A stretch of 22,736 nucleotides of DNA, from the NCBI GenBank assembly GCA_045805065.1, contig JBJMMA010000108.1, positions 1 to 22,736 on the forward strand, given 5' to 3'. The position numbers and the translations under genes were made by a program. Positions 16,836 to 22,736 of the stretch are shown piece after piece. The DNA comes from Bdellovibrionia bacterium. GTDB taxonomy: Bacteria; Bdellovibrionota; UBA1018. Numbering within the stretch: the first letter of the stretch is position 1; each line of letters opens with the position of its first letter. The notes beneath the pieces are model-generated. The model did no database searches. It was not told the DNA's origin and was given only the letters and a program-made list of their open reading frames with translations.

Positions 16836-17393
16836 ATGTCAAAGCAGATTGTAGACTCAATGAGTCAGGACATGGACAAGAGCATTCAATCGCTCAAGGG
16901 CGATTTGGCAAAGGTCCGCACGGGCCGCGCTTCGACCGCGCTCGTTGAGCCAGTTCATGTCGATTACTATGGATCTTCGGTGCCTTTGAACCAAGTCGCA
17001 AACGTCACTACGCCAGACGCTCGCACAATTCAGATTTCTCCTTGGGAAGGCGGCATGATCGGCGCCATCGAGAAGGCGATTCTCGCTGCAAACATCGGCC
17101 TCACTCCCCAGAACGATGGCAAAGTGATCCGCATTCCGCTCCCAGCGATGACCGAAGAGCGCCGTAAAGAAATGGTGAAGCTCGTTAAGAAAATGGGCGA
17201 AGACACCAAGGTCGCTATCCGCAATCATCGCCGTGAAGCGAATGACGAAGTGAAGAAGCAGGAAAAGGCCAAGACTCTCTCCGAAGACGATGCCAAGAAA
17301 GCGCTCGAACTCGTTCAAAAGAAAACGGACGAGAAGATCGTTGAAGTCGACAAAGTGGTCGCTGGCAAAGAAAAAGAGATCATGACGATTTAA
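16836..17393 (+). CDS. frr: Ribosome recycling factor
   Basis: KVRTGRAS, VDYYGS, LTPQNDG, MTEERRKEMVK and VAIRNHRR. Confidence 0.99.
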   Translation: MSKQIVDSMSQDMDKSIQSLKGDLAKVRTGRASTALVEPVHVDYYGSSVPLNQVANVTTPDARTIQISPWEGGMIGAIEKAILAANIGLTPQNDGKVIRIPLPAMTEERRKEMVKLVKKMGEDTKVAIRNHRREANDEVKKQEKAKTLSEDDAKKALELVQKKTDEKIVEVDKVVAGKEKEIMTI

Positions 17394-18157
17394 TGTCTGA
17401 CGCTCAAATACCCCAACACGTAGCGATCATCATGGACGGTAACGGGCGCTGGGCACAGCGTCGCGGCCGTCCTCGCGTGTTTGGGCATATTCGGGGATGC
17501 GCCCGAGTCAAGCCGGTGGTCCGCGAGGCGGATCGCCTGGGGATCAAGGCGCTGACCCTTTATGCTTTTTCGACGGAGAACTGGTCTCGCCCTGAAGGCG
17601 AGCTCAACATTCTCTGGAGACTTTTGAAAAAGTATCTCATCCGCGAAGCCGATGAGCTCAATCGTCGCAACGTTCGCTTTCGCGTGATTGGCGAGCTTGA
17701 GCGCCTGGCTCCTGATGTTCGCCAGGTCGTTGAGCAGACTGTTCAACGGCTCTCTAAAAATACGGGCCTTCAACTGACGTTCGCCGTCTCTTATGGATCT
17801 CGTCGCGAGCTGGCTCGCGCTGCAAGGCTTTTTGCTGAAGACGTCGCCAAAGGTATCCGTCGTCCAGAAGAGATGACGGAAGAGCTGATGCACCAATATC
17901 TTTGGACCGCGGAGCTGGGACCATTGGCTGAAGTGGATTTGATGATTCGCACCAGTGGCGAGCATCGCGTGAGCAACTTCCTTCTCTGGCAGGCTGCCTA
18001 CGCTGAATTTTATTTCCAGGACCTCAACTGGCCTGACTTTGGGCCGCAAGATCTGGTTGAGGCCATTGATTCTTATTCGCGCCGAGATCGTCGATTCGGC
18101 TGCGTCTCCAAAAAACCTCAGGCAGTACTCTTAAAGGAAACCCACACCCTTGCTTGA
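17393..18157 (+). CDS. uppS: Undecaprenyl (polyprenyl) diphosphate synthase
   Basis: HVAIIMDGNGRWA, YAFSTENWSRP and IRTSGEHRVSNFLLWQAAY. Confidence 0.98.
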   Translation: MSDAQIPQHVAIIMDGNGRWAQRRGRPRVFGHIRGCARVKPVVREADRLGIKALTLYAFSTENWSRPEGELNILWRLLKKYLIREADELNRRNVRFRVIGELERLAPDVRQVVEQTVQRLSKNTGLQLTFAVSYGSRRELARAARLFAEDVAKGIRRPEEMTEELMHQYLWTAELGPLAEVDLMIRTSGEHRVSNFLLWQAAYAEFYFQDLNWPDFGPQDLVEAIDSYSRRDRRFGCVSKKPQAVLLKETHTLA

Positions 18158-18998
18158 TCGTATCCCCTTTTTGGCCGATGGTTCTGAACTCAAAAAACGT
18201 GTGATCGTTGGATCGATTGGCGCCATTGCGCTGATCCTTCTGATCAGCTTTGGAGGCTGGGTCGGGATTTGCGTTCTCACGCTTGCGATTTCTCTGGCGA
18301 TGATCAACGAGTTCTCGCACATGGCGTTCTCGCTCAAGGATCATGTCGAGAAACGCTACGTTCTTCTCTGCCTGACCTGGATCGTGGGACTTGGCAATTT
18401 GATCTCGCCTAAGTCCGAGTATGAGCTTTTGACGTTCGGCTTTTTAGGACTTTTCAGTTTTTATCTTTTTACGGCCGACCTTCATTCTGAAGCTGACTTC
18501 TTTGCGCACTTCAAAGAACTCATGCATTCGATCTTTGGGGCATTGTATCTGATCTTTTTGCCGCTCTACCTGACCCGCATCCAAGCGGCTGGAGATGGCG
18601 TGCGCTGGACGCTTCTTTTCTTGCTGATCGTTTGGGCAGGGGACAGTGCGGCGTATTTTGTCGGAAAGAAATACGGCAAGACAAAGCTTTATAGCCTGAT
18701 CAGTCCAAAAAAGACTTACGAAGGTGCGGGCGGCGGACTTTTGGCGGGCATTCTGATCGCCCTCTTCTTTAAGCTGCTTTTTTTCCGCGCCATGCCATGG
18801 CTGGCTGTCTTTGTCATTCCAGTGCTGGTCGGTGTCGCGTCACAAATTGGTGACCTCTGCGAGAGCTTCCTAAAGCGGGCGTACGGCAAAAAAGACTCTG
18901 GATCAATTTTGCCGGGTCATGGCGGATTTTTAGATCGCTTTGATGGTGTAGTGTTCAGCGCGCCAGTCATGTATGCTTGTATTCGTATCTTTTCGTAA
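18150..18998 (+). CDS. cdsA: Phosphatidate cytidylyltransferase
   Basis: DSAAYFVG, ISPKKTYEG and GDLCESFLKR..GKKDSGSILPGHGGFLDRFD. TTG start overlapping uppS. Confidence 0.97.
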   Translation: MLDRIPFLADGSELKKRVIVGSIGAIALILLISFGGWVGICVLTLAISLAMINEFSHMAFSLKDHVEKRYVLLCLTWIVGLGNLISPKSEYELLTFGFLGLFSFYLFTADLHSEADFFAHFKELMHSIFGALYLIFLPLYLTRIQAAGDGVRWTLLFLLIVWAGDSAAYFVGKKYGKTKLYSLISPKKTYEGAGGGLLAGILIALFFKLLFFRAMPWLAVFVIPVLVGVASQIGDLCESFLKRAYGKKDSGSILPGHGGFLDRFDGVVFSAPVMYACIRIFS

Positions 18999-19067
18999 TC
19001 GGTGAAGGGGGTCTCTCTCCCGTCACTTAGCGCCACCCGGCGCCACTCAGCGAAGGTAGGATAGAAT

Positions 19068-20705
19068 ATGTTGTCAGTGCTTGGATTTCTTATCATCTTA
19101 GGACCGTTGGTCATCGTGCATGAGTTCGGGCACTACATCTTTGCGCGTATCTTTGGTGTGAAGGCTGAAATTTTCTCCGTCGGCTTTGGACCTACACTCT
19201 GGAAGCGCCAGATGGGTGAGACGGAACTCAGAGTTTCAGCGATTCCGCTGGGCGGTTATGTGAAGCTTTTGGGCGAGGACCGCGAAACTCCGCTTCCTCC
19301 CGAGGAAGCTCGTCGCGCACTTCATCGCCAAGCTCCCTGGAAGCGCTTCTTTATTTTCTTTGGTGGCCCATTCTTTAACTTCCTTTGGGCGATTCTGGTT
19401 TTCATGGTCATTCTGGCAGTCGGTGAGCCACAAACGGCAAACGTGATTGGTCGTGTTGTGAGAAACTCTCCAGCCGCACAAGCCGGATTCCAAAGCCAGG
19501 ACAAGGTGATCAGCGTTCAAGGCGCGCCAGTGAAGCGCTATGAAGAAATCGCCAATGCGATTCGCTCCAATCCGGATAAGGCGATGGACTTTGAAGTCGT
19601 TCATCCGGGTGCGCAAAATCCAACCAAGATTACGGCAAAGACTACCTCTGAAAAAGGTTTCAGCATTTACGGCGAATCCACTGCAGTCGGTCAGATCGAT
19701 GGTCTTTATTCGATGGGCCGCAGCGTGCAGGCAGGGGTCTCCAATCCTGATTCTCCTGCAGGAAAAGCAGGCATCAAAACCGGCGATCGTATCGCCGAAG
19801 TGAATGGCACGCCTGTCACGACTTGGGAAGAAATCGAATCGGCTTATGCAAAAGCACCTGCCGGCGCAAAGATCATGCTTCGTGATCAGAAGCCATCAGG
19901 CACTGAAGAGAAGATGGTCGAGCTCGTCAAGCCAGACAGTGTAAATGCTGGTCAAGGGATGGGCGAAGCTTGGGGCCTTTACTCCTCTGAGCTTTTCGTC
20001 GACAAGACGGTCGATGGATCCCCAGCTGCAAAAGCGGGCATCATTCATGGCGATCGCTTGGTAGCGATTGGCGATAAGTCAGTTGATAGCTTCATGGATC
20101 TGAAAGATGCCGTTCAGGCATCCGGCGAGAAGTCCGGAAAAGTTTCCCTCAAATGGGAGCGCGACGGAAAGCTTGTCTCACAGGAAATCGTTCCAACTGC
20201 GACCGCAACGAAGGACGCGGAAATGAAGTCGACCACTCAATACACCGTGGGCGTTGCTCCGATGCTGACTCTCGCTGAGCCAACAACTGTTGTGGAGCGC
20301 GTGCTCAATCCTTTCACTCTGATCGTGAAGGGTACTGAGCGCATGGTCATCTTCACTTATCGTAATTTTGTTTCGATTGGAAAGATGTTCACCGGAAACG
20401 TCTCCGTTGGAACGCTGGGCGGCCCGATCCTGATCGGCAAGATCGCCGGTGAATCCTTGAGTCATGGATTGGTAACTTTCCTGACGACGATGGCGATTCT
20501 CTCGATCGGCCTTGGCGTGCTTAACTTGCTGCCGGTTCCGATTTTGGATGGTGGTCATATCGTGCTCTTGTGGATTGAGAGCGCGCGTGGCAAACCTCTT
20601 TCAATGAGACAAATGGAGATCATCCAAGGCGTGGGCCTTGTATTGATCCTCGCATTGATGGGTGTGGTGATGAAAAACGACATCACGCGCCTAGTTTCTT
20701 TCTAA
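19068..20705 (+). CDS. rseP: RIP metalloprotease RseP (M50) with three PDZ domains
   Basis: HEFGH, FSVGFGP, PLGGYVKL and NLLPVPILDGGH. Three SPA.KAG...D repeats. Confidence 0.96.
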   Translation: MLSVLGFLIILGPLVIVHEFGHYIFARIFGVKAEIFSVGFGPTLWKRQMGETELRVSAIPLGGYVKLLGEDRETPLPPEEARRALHRQAPWKRFFIFFGGPFFNFLWAILVFMVILAVGEPQTANVIGRVVRNSPAAQAGFQSQDKVISVQGAPVKRYEEIANAIRSNPDKAMDFEVVHPGAQNPTKITAKTTSEKGFSIYGESTAVGQIDGLYSMGRSVQAGVSNPDSPAGKAGIKTGDRIAEVNGTPVTTWEEIESAYAKAPAGAKIMLRDQKPSGTEEKMVELVKPDSVNAGQGMGEAWGLYSSELFVDKTVDGSPAAKAGIIHGDRLVAIGDKSVDSFMDLKDAVQASGEKSGKVSLKWERDGKLVSQEIVPTATATKDAEMKSTTQYTVGVAPMLTLAEPTTVVERVLNPFTLIVKGTERMVIFTYRNFVSIGKMFTGNVSVGTLGGPILIGKIAGESLSHGLVTFLTTMAILSIGLGVLNLLPVPILDGGHIVLLWIESARGKPLSMRQMEIIQGVGLVLILALMGVVMKNDITRLVSF

Positions 20706-20733
20706 TGACTGCGTTTTAAAATAAGTTGATGTC

Positions 20734-21585
20734 ATGAAACTTCTTGCTTGGGATACGTCCTCAAAAGCGGGCGCAATTGTTGCGCTCGAATGGCCAGCTG
20801 ATAGTCCTAGCTGGGAGAGTGTCCGGCAAGCAGGCGAGTGGAGCCTTAATGTTGATTCCCAGCACTCTGAGAGATTGCTCTGGGGAATTCACCAGATGCT
20901 TGAGTCCGCACGTTGGAAGCTTGAGGAAATCGATGCTTTCGCCGTGGGCGTAGGACCTGGAAGCTTTACAGGCCTGAGAATCGGCATCACAACCGCTCGC
21001 ACTCTGGCGCATGCTCTTCAAAAGCCTTTGATGGGTGTTTCATCGCTTGCCGCATTGGCAAGACCTGCGGCACTTTGGCTCAAGTCAACGGAGCGATCGG
21101 ATGTCATGGTCGTTGCGTCGACGGATGCCTGCAAAGGCGAGCTCTTTGCGCTCTGGGGGAAAGCCTCAGCTGTCGCAGGCTGCGTTCAAGCGCCTCAAGA
21201 AGAGCAGGAAGGTCTTTGGAAGCGTGATGTACGCGAGCTTGTCATTGCTCCTGAAGAACTGATGGACGCCGTCAAATCCAAGCTCAAGAAAGACTCGGCT
21301 TGGCTCGCGGTGGGTGAAGGGCGTTCGCGATACGGTGATGCCTGGAAGAAGCTTCCTGCCAAGCAGGAGCTCAAGCTTGAGGTTCCGTTCACGGATCAAG
21401 TTCAAGGTCGTTATCTTGGAATGCTGGCATGGGAAGCCTGGCAGGCCAAGATGTCGCGCGAGGCACTTGCGGTTCATCCGCGATACGTTCGTGCGTCCGA
21501 TGCTGAAATCAAACTCAAATCCGGCGTTTTGAAGAAAGCGCCTTCTGAAGTTCCCGCTTCGCTTTTGGTTGGGGAAAAGGCCTGA
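20734..21585 (+). CDS. tsaB: tRNA t6A biosynthesis protein TsaB
   Basis: LAWDTS, HSERL, VGVGPGSFTGLRIG, GVSSLAALA and PRYVRASDAE. Confidence 0.93.
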   Translation: MKLLAWDTSSKAGAIVALEWPADSPSWESVRQAGEWSLNVDSQHSERLLWGIHQMLESARWKLEEIDAFAVGVGPGSFTGLRIGITTARTLAHALQKPLMGVSSLAALARPAALWLKSTERSDVMVVASTDACKGELFALWGKASAVAGCVQAPQEEQEGLWKRDVRELVIAPEELMDAVKSKLKKDSAWLAVGEGRSRYGDAWKKLPAKQELKLEVPFTDQVQGRYLGMLAWEAWQAKMSREALAVHPRYVRASDAEIKLKSGVLKKAPSEVPASLLVGEKA

Positions 21586-22535
21586 TGTCCGTTGCAGTTT
21601 TGGGTCCTGTTTGTGCGTTCATGTCGTCCGTGACTTGGGCTTTGGGTTCTGCTGGTTATTCTCGATTGGCGCGCGAGCATTCTCCATTTGCCGTGAACTT
21701 GGCGCGCGGCATGATCGGTCTTCTGCTGTTCTTTTTAACGGCGCTTGCGGCAGGCGCACTTGAAACTCATAGCGTGAGTGGTGCCTGGAGCGCATTTAGT
21801 GTTCTTGATGCGCGACACATCGGTTGGCTTGGGCTTTCGATGTTTGCAAGCTACGGATTTGGCGACTCGGTTTTCTTGATGAGCACGCGCGCGCTTGGCA
21901 TTCCTACCGCTCTGACCATTGCATCCACTTATCCCCTGATTACGTCTGCATGGGGAGCTTTTGTTGATCACGAATGGCTTTCCGTCACTCAAACGGCTGG
22001 CCTTTTGGTAACCGTCGCAGGCGTCGCATTTGTGATCTTAAGCGCACCGAGACCGACTCAAACGGATTCGCACGCGAATGACGCAGCATTAAAAAGGCCA
22101 AGTCGATCGACAGGGTTTATGCTGGCGTTCTTCGTTGCGTTTCTCTGGGCCTTGAATAGCTACTGCGTGACACGTGGAGGCCAAGGCATTACCGCACCCG
22201 TAGGCAATACGGTTCGGATGACTTCCGCTGTTCTGCTGTGCTTGATCATTGGCAAAGTCGCTTATCCAAAGGAGCGCATCACCTTGCCTCAAAGCGTGTT
22301 TCGCCGTTGGGGATGGCTCTTTGTTCTTGAGGCTTTTGGTGGTTCCTACTTTTTTGTATTCGGGCTCGCTCATTCGTCTATCGCTGTCGGTTCAACGCTG
22401 GTCGCTTTAGCGCCGGTCATTTCAGTGCCCGTTGCTCTTGCACTGCGTCTTGAAACGTTCTCCTGGAAGCGGACAGCCGCTGTAATTACAGTGGTTTTTG
22501 GGCTCTTTCTATTGGTCAGTGGCGCTCATTCTTAA
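21585..22535 (+). CDS. DMT (EamA) family transporter
   Basis: About 10 hydrophobic helices in two repeats, with STYPLIT and LAPVISVPVALALRLETFS. Confidence 0.88.
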   Translation: MSVAVLGPVCAFMSSVTWALGSAGYSRLAREHSPFAVNLARGMIGLLLFFLTALAAGALETHSVSGAWSAFSVLDARHIGWLGLSMFASYGFGDSVFLMSTRALGIPTALTIASTYPLITSAWGAFVDHEWLSVTQTAGLLVTVAGVAFVILSAPRPTQTDSHANDAALKRPSRSTGFMLAFFVAFLWALNSYCVTRGGQGITAPVGNTVRMTSAVLLCLIIGKVAYPKERITLPQSVFRRWGWLFVLEAFGGSYFFVFGLAHSSIAVGSTLVALAPVISVPVALALRLETFSWKRTAAVITVVFGLFLLVSGAHS

Positions 22536-22615
22536 TCAAACTCTAAGAGAAATTTCTGTTTTTCTCAGGTATACTTCCTGAAGCCCAACTACGTTTATAG
22601 GAGAGAGTCTGAGAG

Positions 22616-22736
22616 ATGAGTCACGATTTCGCCCCAAGGCACGCCCAGAAGTACGAAAGACAAAAGATTCGTAAAATCTATATCGTCCCTAATTTCGTAA
22701 CGACCGCCAACATGTTCTGCGGTTTTTACTCGATGA
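22616..22736 (+). CDS. pssA: CDP-diacylglycerol--serine O-phosphatidyltransferase, 5' part (runs off the window; not in the ORF track)
   Basis: Manual translation gives MSHDFAPRHAQKYERQKIRKIYIVPNFVTTANMFCGFYSM. The IY.+PN..T..N+F.GFY+ pattern is the PssA N-terminal signature. Confidence 0.8.
   Translation, partial: MSHDFAPRHAQKYERQKIRKIYIVPNFVTTANMFCGFYSM

Overview
Bacterial chromosomal window. Gene style and order suggest Bdellovibrionota or a related deltaproteobacteria-like lineage; this is inference, not a search result. The right half (13.9-22.7 kb) is housekeeping: t44-like leader, rpsB-tsf-pyrH-frr-uppS-cdsA-rseP-tsaB, a DMT transporter and the start of pssA, with no dxr. A divergent lemA-TPM-TPM operon lies just left of it. 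The left half is accessory: an orphan secreted 709-aa protein behind a sigma28-like promoter; a minus-strand operon of type III PKS, His/Glu-rich membrane protein, UbiG-like O-methyltransferase and cytochrome b562; a beta-barrel OMP; and a secreted PHB-depolymerase-family esterase. The best candidate for an undescribed system is 7118-11816. Two paralogous XRE-HTH + V4R-like regulators, sharing an identical C-x22-E-x2-C-x7-C motif, bracket an esterase, a ThiF-family adenylyltransferase and a divergent LuxI/FeeM-like acyltransferase. The ThiF and acyltransferase genes are divergent, each behind a sigma28-like promoter. This layout fits a self-contained make/sense/destroy small-molecule signalling cassette. 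All family calls come from motifs recognised by eye; no database searches were run.
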